A stretch of DNA of 64,000 bases from a virus: IMG/VR virus record IMGVR_UViG_3300034060_000182, positions 4,049 to 68,048 of that record; one strand, given 5' to 3'. Below are positions 17,285-26,559 of this stretch, piece after piece. The notes beneath the pieces are model-generated. The model ran no database searches. It worked only from the letters and a program-made list of their open reading frames with translations, and was not told the origin of the DNA. Within the stretch, counting starts at the first letter, position 1; the number at the start of each line of letters is the position of its first letter. A program made the position numbers and the translations under genes.

Positions 17285-17704
17285 ATGTCTTTAGGTATTA
17301 TAAATAAAAATACTGGTTCTCCTTTTATGTTAAGGAGAAGTATTGTAAACCAAGGAGGTCAAGGTGGTGCTTACGAGTCTGGTGGTTTCAATCCTGAAGC
17401 AACTTACTCTGATGGTGGTGCTGCTGAAGCAATAGCTTCTGTTGGTAAAGTTGTTGGTGCGGCTATATCTTCTAGAACTGCTGGTGATGAAAACAAAAGT
17501 GATATTGCTAAGTCAGAAAGAATAAACAAGAGAACAGAAAAAATAAACAGTAAAATATCTGATTCTAGCACAGACGCTGAAAAAGCAAAAGCTAGTAAAA
17601 AAACAGGTAGATTAACTGAAAGAAAAAACAAAGTAGATTCAAGAATAAAAGAATACAATGAATTTGTAAAACCTACTTTGGCTTCTGACGTTAAAAAAAT
17701 TTAA
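17285..17704 (+). CDS. Hypothetical protein, possibly virion-internal
   Basis: SPFML motif, Gly/Ala helix, basic coiled coil. Confidence 0.65.
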   Translation: MSLGIINKNTGSPFMLRRSIVNQGGQGGAYESGGFNPEATYSDGGAAEAIASVGKVVGAAISSRTAGDENKSDIAKSERINKRTEKINSKISDSSTDAEKAKASKKTGRLTERKNKVDSRIKEYNEFVKPTLASDVKKI

Positions 17705-17714
17705 ACAAAGAATT

Positions 17715-18050
17715 ATGGCTTTTAAAATGTCTGGTCCACCTTATAATATCGATAATACTCCTATATACAGTACAGATATGGACGATAACGTTTTAGGAAT
17801 GGCACAATCAAACGGTACTATATTAATTAATAAGAATGTATCTCCTTTAGAGTTAAAGAAAAATAAAACTATATCCCACGAGAAAGTTCATATCGATCAA
17901 ATGAAGAGAGGTGATCTAGCATACGACGATAAAACAGTTACTTGGAAAGGAAAGAAATATCTTAGATCTAAAATGAAAGAAGGAGCTAAAAATTTACCTT
18001 GGGAAAAAGAAGCTTATGCAAAACAAGGAAAAAACATAAAAAGTAAATAA
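17715..18050 (+). CDS. Small zincin metallopeptidase-like protein
   Basis: HEKVH..Q plus PWEKEAY third-ligand motif; MAFKM start. Confidence 0.75.
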   Translation: MAFKMSGPPYNIDNTPIYSTDMDDNVLGMAQSNGTILINKNVSPLELKKNKTISHEKVHIDQMKRGDLAYDDKTVTWKGKKYLRSKMKEGAKNLPWEKEAYAKQGKNIKSK

Positions 18051-18060
18051 TACGTGTGAT
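18035..18060 (+). promoter_or_regulatory. Class-2 promoter
   Basis: CATAAA-N13-GTGTGAT. Confidence 0.55.
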
Positions 18061-18097
18061 ATATATATTAATACTAATCTAATTAAATACATACACT

Positions 18098-18442
18098 ATG
18101 AGAAATTTATTTATTATTACAATGTTAGCTTTTTCTTTATTTTCTAACGCTCAGAAAATTACACCTAAATTTTTAGAAGGAACTTGGGAAACAGAATTCC
18201 ACAATGTTGAATTTAAAATATTAGATAAAAAAGAAATTAAAATAACAATAACTTTAAAAGATTCTAACGAAGAAGTTAAAGTAGTTAGATACAAAATACA
18301 TGATAACGCTCTATACTTTGAAACTTATTATGCTAAAAATAACTGGAAATCTACAAATAAATTAGTAACAATGGACGATAACACTATGGTTGCCGATGTT
18401 TTTTCAGATTCTAGGGATATATTAATTTACGAAAGAAAATAA
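18098..18442 (+). CDS. Secreted beta-rich protein
   Basis: Sec signal ending SNA-Q, a Bacteroidota-style Gln at +1; LEGTW lipocalin-like start. Confidence 0.7.
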   Translation: MRNLFIITMLAFSLFSNAQKITPKFLEGTWETEFHNVEFKILDKKEIKITITLKDSNEEVKVVRYKIHDNALYFETYYAKNNWKSTNKLVTMDDNTMVADVFSDSRDILIYERK

Positions 18443-18460
18443 CTTAACAAAAACAAAAAA

Positions 18461-19162
18461 ATGGCTTACAAACAAACACCAGGTAGAGGCAATAGTAAAA
18501 AGACTGGATCAGGAATTTCTCCTATGTTAATGGGAGGTTCACCAATGTATCAAGAAAAGAAAAAAGATCCTTATTCAGGTAAAACTTTTAGAGAACTAGG
18601 TAGTGAAATCGAAAACTTTGCTGCAGAAAACAAAAAAAGAATAGCTTCTGAAATGGTTGCTAAATCAGACAGTACTTCGGCTGCTAATAACGCTATGAAA
18701 CTAGACAAAACATTATCTAAAAAAATGGCTGGTAGAATAGGTAACGAAGCTGCTAATAAAACTAGATCTGAGAAAAAAATACCAAGAGTAAACAGAGGAA
18801 AGTACACAGATGGTGGTTACATGACTCCATCAAAATTTGGAGACACATACGATAGACAGGGTCAATTAGAGCGTGATTTCCCAACTAGTTTAGTAACCGC
18901 TTTTAGAAAAGCTTCTCCAACTAGACAGATGTCAAAACTTAAATCTGGTAAATCTCCAGCTAAACAAGTTTCTAAGATGCCAAGTAAAAGTGCAGAGGGT
19001 GAAAAAACACATCAAGACAGAATGGGCAAAATGACGACTGCCGACCGTGAAAGAATTAAAACAGGTTCAAAACGTCCAGAAGGTAGAAGTTTAGATAAAA
19101 ACGGAACTGCCGCACGACCAAAAGCTGATAAAAAAGCTCCAATGAAAATGAAAAAATGCTAA
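18461..19162 (+). CDS. Lys-rich protein with SPxK/Q repeats
   Basis: MAYKQ start; SPMLM, SPMYQ, SPTRQ, SPAKQ, APMKM. Confidence 0.7.
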   Translation: MAYKQTPGRGNSKKTGSGISPMLMGGSPMYQEKKKDPYSGKTFRELGSEIENFAAENKKRIASEMVAKSDSTSAANNAMKLDKTLSKKMAGRIGNEAANKTRSEKKIPRVNRGKYTDGGYMTPSKFGDTYDRQGQLERDFPTSLVTAFRKASPTRQMSKLKSGKSPAKQVSKMPSKSAEGEKTHQDRMGKMTTADRERIKTGSKRPEGRSLDKNGTAARPKADKKAPMKMKKC

Positions 19163-19402
19163 ATGAAAAATATATCTACAAAAGGTTATAAAAGAAATAG
19201 TCCAGATAAAGACAACTCTTATAATATTATACCGAGCGGAGATATAACTATGGAAGATGTAGATTTTCCAGTATTAGGCATAGACAATAAAGGAAATAAA
19301 AAAGTAATGAAACCAGGAAGCAATTATAAGTTTCCTGGTGACGTTGTTTTAGAGGTACCAATGAAAAAACAAAGTTTATACAACAAAATATTTAAAAAAT
19401 AG
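19163..19402 (+). CDS. Conserved phage protein
   Basis: GYKRNSPD...ITM..V.FPVLG.DN.G...M.PG..Y.FPG..V.E.PM. Confidence 0.7.
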   Translation: MKNISTKGYKRNSPDKDNSYNIIPSGDITMEDVDFPVLGIDNKGNKKVMKPGSNYKFPGDVVLEVPMKKQSLYNKIFKK

Positions 19403-19473
19403 CAGGTGGGAGGTAAGGTATCTCACGAGTCTCATAAGCTCGCTTAAACTGGTTCGACTCCAGTACGTTGCTA
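19401..19473 (+). tRNA. tRNA with CAT anticodon (Met/Ile2), atypical acceptor stem
   Basis: D-stem GAGG/TCTC, anticodon arm CGAGT-CTCATAA-GCTCG, T-arm ACTGG-TTCGACT-CCAGT. The acceptor AGCAGGT/ACGTTGCT has a bulge. Confidence 0.7.
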
Positions 19474-19501
19474 CTAATACTAATAATTAAATTAAATAAA
19501 A

Positions 19502-19747
19502 ATGGCAAAAGCAAAAAAGATTACAAAAGAACAATTAGAAAAAATCGTTTCTCAACAAAAAGACTTAAACACCTTGTTAACAAACATCGGTGTATTAGAA
19601 GCTCAAAAACATTCTCTATTACATCAGGTTGCTGAAGTTAACAAAGAAGTTGAAGAGTTTAAAACTGTTTTAGAGTCTGAGTATGGAGCTATCAATATTA
19701 ATTTAGAAGATGGTAGTTATGAAGAAATAGAAAAACCTAATGAGTAA
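19502..19747 (+). CDS. Small coiled-coil protein
   Basis: Heptad pattern ending YGAININLEDG. Confidence 0.7.
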   Translation: MAKAKKITKEQLEKIVSQQKDLNTLLTNIGVLEAQKHSLLHQVAEVNKEVEEFKTVLESEYGAININLEDGSYEEIEKPNE

Positions 19748-19970
19748 TAATGTTATAAGAAAGATAAGCATTGGCGCAGATTACAAAAATGAAGCAATGC
19801 ATTATTCTATAGGACAATCTGTTTATGGAGGTCATGAAATTGCTTATATAAAACTAGACAATGAAGATCATTCGTATAACATATATATTAAAAAAGGAGA
19901 CGAGGTAATGCCGTGGAAGAAATTTAATTCAAACATGGCAATATCCGTTGAGTATGATTTAGAATACTAA
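19740..19970 (+). CDS. Hypothetical protein
   Basis: 76-aa ORF coupled to its neighbours. Confidence 0.7.
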   Translation: MSNNVIRKISIGADYKNEAMHYSIGQSVYGGHEIAYIKLDNEDHSYNIYIKKGDEVMPWKKFNSNMAISVEYDLEY

Positions 19971-20578
19971 TGAGAAGTGTATTTGATTTTATCGTTAAAC
20001 CAGTAGGTGATAGGTACGATAACAAAATTAAAGTAGAAGGAAAAGATCTTATACTAAATACAAAAATAGAAAGTTTTAAATCTGTGAATAATTTAGCGGA
20101 GGTTGTTGCAATCCCGCTAGCTTATTCGACTGACATTAAAGTTGGTGATCTAGTAATAATACATCATAATGTTTTTAGAAGATTCTATGACATAAGAGGT
20201 AATCAAAAAAACAGTAGATCATACTTCATGGAAGATTTATATTTTTGTAATGTGGATCAGATATATTTATATAAGACAGATAAGAAATGGAAAGCACTTG
20301 GAAACAGGTGTTTTATAAAACCATTAAGGAATAAAGATAAATTTGAGTTAGATAAAGAACAAAAGCTTATTGGTATATTAAAATATGGAAATAGTTCTTT
20401 AGAAGCACTTAAAATCAACGAAGGAGACTTAGTTGGTTATACTCCACTTGGAGAGTTTGAATTTATAGTTGATGGACAAAGACTATACTGCATGAAATCT
20501 AATGATATTGTAATTAAATATGAATATAAAGGAAACGAAACAGAATATAATCCAAGCTGGGCACAAAGCAGTACTTGA
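19970..20578 (+). CDS. Tandem double GroES-like protein
   Basis: Two Cpn10-like halves: FIVKP...AEVVA...IKVGDLV and LGNRCFIKP...INEGDLV...VDGQRLYCMKSNDI. Confidence 0.65.
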   Translation: MRSVFDFIVKPVGDRYDNKIKVEGKDLILNTKIESFKSVNNLAEVVAIPLAYSTDIKVGDLVIIHHNVFRRFYDIRGNQKNSRSYFMEDLYFCNVDQIYLYKTDKKWKALGNRCFIKPLRNKDKFELDKEQKLIGILKYGNSSLEALKINEGDLVGYTPLGEFEFIVDGQRLYCMKSNDIVIKYEYKGNETEYNPSWAQSST

Positions 20579-20795
20579 GTTAATAAAGGTTGCTGAAGAA
20601 GCTATTATAGAAAATGGCGAAGATGATTTATCTGCTGATAAATTAAAAAATGCAGCAGCAACTAAAAAACTAGCTATATTTGATGCTTTTGAAATATTAA
20701 GTAGAATACAAGAAGAAGAAAAACTATTACTTGATGTTGAAAAAGAAACTGAGACTAAAGTTTTTAAAGGTTTTGCAGAAGGGAGATCTAAGTAA
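20520..20795 (+). CDS. Putative terminase small subunit
   Basis: Small helical protein coupled to the large terminase. Confidence 0.55.
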   Translation: MNIKETKQNIIQAGHKAVLELIKVAEEAIIENGEDDLSADKLKNAAATKKLAIFDAFEILSRIQEEEKLLLDVEKETETKVFKGFAEGRSK

Positions 20796-23017
20796 TGTAC
20801 GAGCAAAGTTTATATAAAATAGTAGATGCTCATATAAAACCTAGTGTTTTAAAACAAAACAACCGTCTTAAAAAATGGAAATATGGGTATGATAAGGATT
20901 ATGACATGGTTGTTATTAGTAAGACTGGAAAGATTGGTGAGATACTTGAAATCCAAGACTTAAAAATAGCATTACCATTAGCAGAAGATACTTACTCTAG
21001 ATCTAATAAAAAAGAAGATCAATACTGGGAACAAATGGAGTTTCCAAAAGAAATAAGTAAAATAAAAAGCACATTCGATTGGAATAGACAGCCAGAGGTT
21101 TTTAAAGACAGATGGTATGACTACATAGACAACGAGTTTAAATACAGAGAAGAAGGTTTATTCTTTTATAACAACGGAAAACCTACTTATATAACAGGTA
21201 CGCATTACATGTACTTACAGTGGAGCAAGATAGATATTGGTGCCCCAGACTACAGGGAATCAAACAGGTTATTTTTTATATTCTGGGAAGCTTGTAAAGC
21301 AGATCCAAGATGTTATGGTATGTGTTACCTTAAAAACAGACGTTCTGGTTTTTCTTTTATGTCTTCTTCTGAACTAGTTAATCTAGCGACTATATCTAGT
21401 GATTCTAGATTTGGTATTCTATCAAAATCTGGAGCAGATGCTAAAAAAATGTTTACAGACAAAGTAGTTCCAATTTCAATTAATTATCCTTTCTTTTTTA
21501 AGCCTATCCAAGATGGTATGGATAGACCAAAAACAGAGTTAGCATATAGAGTTCCGGCTTCTAAGTTAACTAGAAAGAAACTAGATTCTAACGAATCTTT
21601 AGAAGAAATGGAAGGTCTTGATACAACCATTGACTGGAAGAATACTGGAGACAATAGTTATGATGGTGAAAAATTAAAACTATTAGTTCATGATGAAAGT
21701 GGTAAATGGGAAAAACCTGATAATATATTAAACAACTGGCGTGTAACAAAAACAACACTAAGGTTAGGTAGTAGAATTATTGGTAAATGTATGATGGGTT
21801 CTACTTCTAATGCTTTAGATAAAGGTGGTGAAAATTTTAAGAAATTATACTACAACTCTGATGTTACAAAAAGAAACCGTAATGGACAAACTAGTTCAGG
21901 ATTATATAGCTTGTTTATACCTATGGAGTGGTCCTACGAGGGATTCATTGATACTTATGGCTTACCTGTATTCGATAATCCAGAAAAACCAGTTAAAGGA
22001 GTAGATGGTAACTATATTGAATACGGTGTTATAGAACATTGGCAAAATGAAGTAGATGGTTTAAAATCTGATCAAGATGGTTTAAATGAATACTACAGAC
22101 AGTTTCCAAGAACAGAACAACATGCGTTTAGAGATGAGGCAAAGCAATCTTTGTTTAATCTTACAAAAATATATGAACAAATAGATTATAATGAAGATTT
22201 AAGAAATACAAACATTATAACTAGAGGAAGTTTCCAATGGGAAAATGGCATACCAGATACTAGGGTTATATTTAATCCAAATAAAGATGGTAGATTTTTA
22301 GTATCTTGGATTCCACCAGTTCATCTTCAAAACAATATTATAATTAAAAACGGTGTCAAATATCCAGGCAATGAGCATTGTGGTGCTTTTGGATGCGACC
22401 CTTACGATATATCAGGAACAGTAGACGGTAAAGGATCTAATGGTGCTTTAAGTGGTTTAACTAAGTTTTCAATGGAAGATGTTCCACCAAGTAGTTTTTT
22501 CTTAGAATATATAGCTAGACCACAGACTGCTGAGATATTCTTTGAAGAAGTATTAATGGCTTGCGTATTTTACGGAATGCCTATATTAGCAGAGAATAAT
22601 AAACCTAGATTACTTTTTCATTTTAAAAGAAGAGGTTATAGAGGCTACTCAATGAACAGACCAGATAAATCTTGGAATAATTTATCTATAACAGAAAGAG
22701 ATATTGGAGGCATTCCAAACTCAAGTCAAGATATAAAGCAAGCTCACGCAGCTGCTATAGAATCTTATATAGAAGAATATGTTGGATTAAAAGAAACAGG
22801 TTATGGTGATATGTATTTTAACAGAACACTTAATGACTGGGCAAGATTCAACATAAACGATAGAACAAAATTTGATGCTTCTATTAGTTCTGGTCTAGCG
22901 ATAATGGCGTGTAACAAAAGCAAATACACTCCAAATGCTCCTTTGGTAAGAAGGGTTTATGATTTAGGAATTAAAAAATATGATAACACAGGTTCTTCAT
23001 CAAAAATAAATAAGTAA
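20795..23017 (+). CDS. terL: Terminase large subunit
   Basis: KNRRSGFS Walker A, LLVHDESGK Walker B, MGST coupling motif, GCDPYD and LAENN nuclease motifs. Confidence 0.92.
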   Translation: MYEQSLYKIVDAHIKPSVLKQNNRLKKWKYGYDKDYDMVVISKTGKIGEILEIQDLKIALPLAEDTYSRSNKKEDQYWEQMEFPKEISKIKSTFDWNRQPEVFKDRWYDYIDNEFKYREEGLFFYNNGKPTYITGTHYMYLQWSKIDIGAPDYRESNRLFFIFWEACKADPRCYGMCYLKNRRSGFSFMSSSELVNLATISSDSRFGILSKSGADAKKMFTDKVVPISINYPFFFKPIQDGMDRPKTELAYRVPASKLTRKKLDSNESLEEMEGLDTTIDWKNTGDNSYDGEKLKLLVHDESGKWEKPDNILNNWRVTKTTLRLGSRIIGKCMMGSTSNALDKGGENFKKLYYNSDVTKRNRNGQTSSGLYSLFIPMEWSYEGFIDTYGLPVFDNPEKPVKGVDGNYIEYGVIEHWQNEVDGLKSDQDGLNEYYRQFPRTEQHAFRDEAKQSLFNLTKIYEQIDYNEDLRNTNIITRGSFQWENGIPDTRVIFNPNKDGRFLVSWIPPVHLQNNIIIKNGVKYPGNEHCGAFGCDPYDISGTVDGKGSNGALSGLTKFSMEDVPPSSFFLEYIARPQTAEIFFEEVLMACVFYGMPILAENNKPRLLFHFKRRGYRGYSMNRPDKSWNNLSITERDIGGIPNSSQDIKQAHAAAIESYIEEYVGLKETGYGDMYFNRTLNDWARFNINDRTKFDASISSGLAIMACNKSKYTPNAPLVRRVYDLGIKKYDNTGSSSKINK

Positions 23018-25414
23018 ATGAAAGTATACACAAATACAGATAGTTCGTTCCCAAGTCAGGTAGTACCTGATTCTGTAAAGGCTTCAGAAGATTATGGTCT
23101 GCAAGTCTCACGCGCTATAGAACAAGAATGGTTTGATCAAGGAAGGACTACACAGAATAGATACACTTCTAATTGGAATAACTTTCATCAATTAAGATTA
23201 TATGCAAGAGGAGAGCAATCAGTACAGAAATATAAAGATGAATTATCTATAAACGGAGATTTATCTTACTTAAACATCGACTGGAAACCTGTTCCTGTTG
23301 TTTCAAAGTTTGTTGATATTGTAGTAAATGGAATGTCGCAAAAAACATACGACATAAAAGCATACGCTCAAGATCCAGAATCTTTAAAAGCAAGAACATC
23401 TTATGCTCAATCTATTTTGAGAGATATGTATTCTCAAGATTTGATAAACAAAGCAAAAGATTTAACTGGTAAAGATTTTAATGCATCTCCATTACCTCAA
23501 GACGAGTTACCAGAGACTAAAGAAGAATTAGATTTACACATGCAACTTTCTTACAAACAATCTATCGAGATTGCTGAAGAAGAAGCTATTAATAATGTTC
23601 TTGCGAACAACAAGTGGGATTTAACAAGAAGAAGATTAAATTACGATCTAACAGTATTAGGAATAGCTTGCGTTAAAACAAACTTTAACACTAGTGAAGG
23701 TATTAGAACAGAATACGTTGATCCAGCTTATTTAGTTTACTCTTATACAGAAGATCCAAACTTTGAAGATATATACTATGTTGGAGAAGTAAAAGCAGTT
23801 ACAATACCTGAGTTAAAAAAACAATTCCCTGGTATCTCAGAAGAAGAGTTGCAGAGAATACAGAATATGCCTGGTAACAGACAATATATAACAGGTTGGG
23901 GTAACTACGATGAAAACACAGTTCAAGTACTATACTTCGAATATAAAACATATATGAACCAAGTTTTTAAAATAAAACAAGGTGAAAATGGTTTAGAAAA
24001 AGCAATAGAAAAAACAGATGATTTTAATCCTCCACCAAATGATAACTTTGAAAGAGTGTCAAGAAGTATAGAGGTTTTATACACTGGAGCAAAAATATTA
24101 GGTACAAATCAAATGATCGAATGGAAACTGTCTGAGAATATGACAAGACCATACGCTGATACTACTAAAGTAGAAATGAACTACGTTATATGTGCTCCTA
24201 GAATTTATAAAGGTAGAGTAGATTCATTAGTTAATAGAATTACAGGCTTTGCCGATATGATTCAATTAACACACTTGAAGTTACAACAAGTTATGTCTAG
24301 AATAATACCAGATGGTGTGTTCTTAGACGTAGATGGTTTAGCCGAAGTTGATCTAGGTAATGGTACTAATTATAATCCTGCAGAAGCACTTAATATGTAT
24401 TTCCAAACAGGTAGTATAGTTGGTAGATCAATATCGCAAGACGGTGGTTTAAATCAAGGTAAAGTACCTATCCAAGAATTATCAAGTTCTTCTGGTCAAG
24501 CTAAAATAGCAGCGCTTATACAAACTTATCAATATTATTTACAAATGATAAGAGATGTGACCGGACTAAACGAAGCAAGAGACGGTAGTGCTCCAGAAAG
24601 AGACGCTTTAGTAGGTATTCAAAAGATGGCCGCTAATGCATCAAATACTGCTACTAAGCATATTTTACAAGCGAGTTTATATTTAACTCTTAGAACATGC
24701 GAGAACATCTCTCTTAGAATAGCAGACTGTTTAGACTTTCCATTAACAGCTAAAGTATTAGAACAAAGTATAACAACATACAATACTTCTACTTTAAGAG
24801 AAATAAAAAGTTTAAATCTTCATGATTTTGGTATATACTTAGAATTAGAACCAGATGAAGAAGAAAAAATGATGTTAGAACAAAACATACAAGTTGCTTT
24901 ACAAAGCGGTACAATAGATCTGGATGATGCTATCGATATTAGACAGATCAAAAACTTAAAGTTAGCTAATCAACTTTTGAAACTTAGAAAAACTAAGAAA
25001 CAAAAAATGGTACAAGAGCAACAAATGGCAAATATAAATGCTCAAGCTCAAGCTAATCAACAAACCGCTCAACAAACAGCTTTATTTGAAGTTCAAAAAC
25101 AACAAGCTCTAACACAAGAGACTATTAACATAGAAAGAGCAAAAGCAGATTTCGCGTTAGAGAAACTTCAAACAGAAATGCAATTAAAACAACAATTGCT
25201 AGAACAAGAGTTTCAATATAATATGCAACTAGCTCAGTTAGATTCTCAAACAAAAACACAAGGGTTACAATTAGCAGAAGACAGAAAAGACGCTAGAACT
25301 AAAATTCAAGCAACACAAGCTTCAGAGTTAATAAACCAAAGAAACACAAACTCTCTGCCAGTTAATTTTGAATCATCAGGATTTAATGGATTAGAAGATT
25401 TTGCAATGCAATAA
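23018..25414 (+). CDS. Portal protein
   Basis: 798 aa after terL; DVTGLNEARDG motif; Gln-rich C-terminal barrel. Confidence 0.85.
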   Translation: MKVYTNTDSSFPSQVVPDSVKASEDYGLQVSRAIEQEWFDQGRTTQNRYTSNWNNFHQLRLYARGEQSVQKYKDELSINGDLSYLNIDWKPVPVVSKFVDIVVNGMSQKTYDIKAYAQDPESLKARTSYAQSILRDMYSQDLINKAKDLTGKDFNASPLPQDELPETKEELDLHMQLSYKQSIEIAEEEAINNVLANNKWDLTRRRLNYDLTVLGIACVKTNFNTSEGIRTEYVDPAYLVYSYTEDPNFEDIYYVGEVKAVTIPELKKQFPGISEEELQRIQNMPGNRQYITGWGNYDENTVQVLYFEYKTYMNQVFKIKQGENGLEKAIEKTDDFNPPPNDNFERVSRSIEVLYTGAKILGTNQMIEWKLSENMTRPYADTTKVEMNYVICAPRIYKGRVDSLVNRITGFADMIQLTHLKLQQVMSRIIPDGVFLDVDGLAEVDLGNGTNYNPAEALNMYFQTGSIVGRSISQDGGLNQGKVPIQELSSSSGQAKIAALIQTYQYYLQMIRDVTGLNEARDGSAPERDALVGIQKMAANASNTATKHILQASLYLTLRTCENISLRIADCLDFPLTAKVLEQSITTYNTSTLREIKSLNLHDFGIYLELEPDEEEKMMLEQNIQVALQSGTIDLDDAIDIRQIKNLKLANQLLKLRKTKKQKMVQEQQMANINAQAQANQQTAQQTALFEVQKQQALTQETINIERAKADFALEKLQTEMQLKQQLLEQEFQYNMQLAQLDSQTKTQGLQLAEDRKDARTKIQATQASELINQRNTNSLPVNFESSGFNGLEDFAMQ

Positions 25415-25441
25415 AAACAAATTATTTAATTATATTATATT

Positions 25442-26548
25442 ATGTCAGAAATTATTAAACAAGAAGGTGATTTTAAAATCCAAAAAAGAAAACCAAAAAA
25501 CTTAAATGCAGAACAAAGTTTAACTAAGGTAGATTTATCTGTACCTGCAAAAGAAGCAGATGTAACGAAAGTAGTAATACCTAATACATCTGAAGAAACT
25601 CCTGTTGAACAACCAGAAGTAATTGTTGTAGAAAACACCGATGAAACTGTTGTTATGGAAGAAATTCCAAATGAAGTTGTTGAAACTCCAGAACCAGTAG
25701 TTGAACCAGTTATTACTCAAAAAGTATTACCAGAAAACATTGAAAAATTAGTTTCTTTCATGGAGGAAACAGGTGGTACAGTTGAGGATTATGTTAGACT
25801 TAACACTGATTATTCAAATGTAAACGAATTAACGTTACTAAAAGAATATTATACAAACACAAAAACTCATTTAGATAAAGAAGAAATTGATTTCTTAATT
25901 GAAGATAATTTTTCTTATGATGAGGATTTAGAAGAAGAGCGAGATATTAGAAAAAAGAAACTCGCCTTCAAAGAAGAGGTTGCTAAAGCCAAAAAACATT
26001 TAGAGTCTATAAAAGATAAATACTACGATGAGATAAAACTTAAACCGGGTATGAATCAAGATCAAAAAGAGGTTTTTGACTTTTTCAATAGATACAAGAA
26101 GAACGAAGACGAAGCCAAACAGCGACACGACAAGTTCAAGAATGAAACTAAAAGCTTATTTACTAACGATTTCAAAGGTTTTGAATACTCAGTTGGTGAA
26201 AAAAGATTTAGATATGGTATTCAGAACAACGATCAAATTGCTGAAAAACAGTCTGATATTAACAATTTTATAGGGAAGTTCCTTGATAAAGATGGAAATG
26301 TTAATGATGCTGCAGGTTATCACAAAGCTTTATACACTGCTATGAATTCAGATAAAATTGCTCAACACTTTTATGAGCAAGGAAAAGCTGATGCGGTTAA
26401 AGAAGTTGTTAGCGGATCTAAGAACCAATCTATAAACCAACCAAGGCAAGCGCCTGGTGAAGTTTTTATTAATGGTTTAAAAGTTAAAGCTATCAGTGGT
26501 TTTGATTCTTCTAAATTAAGAATACAAACAAAGAAATTTAACAATTAA
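25442..26548 (+). CDS. Scaffolding protein
   Basis: Acidic and helical, between portal and capsid. Confidence 0.7.
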   Translation: MSEIIKQEGDFKIQKRKPKNLNAEQSLTKVDLSVPAKEADVTKVVIPNTSEETPVEQPEVIVVENTDETVVMEEIPNEVVETPEPVVEPVITQKVLPENIEKLVSFMEETGGTVEDYVRLNTDYSNVNELTLLKEYYTNTKTHLDKEEIDFLIEDNFSYDEDLEEERDIRKKKLAFKEEVAKAKKHLESIKDKYYDEIKLKPGMNQDQKEVFDFFNRYKKNEDEAKQRHDKFKNETKSLFTNDFKGFEYSVGEKRFRYGIQNNDQIAEKQSDINNFIGKFLDKDGNVNDAAGYHKALYTAMNSDKIAQHFYEQGKADAVKEVVSGSKNQSINQPRQAPGEVFINGLKVKAISGFDSSKLRIQTKKFNN

Positions 26549-26559
26549 AAATTACGATT

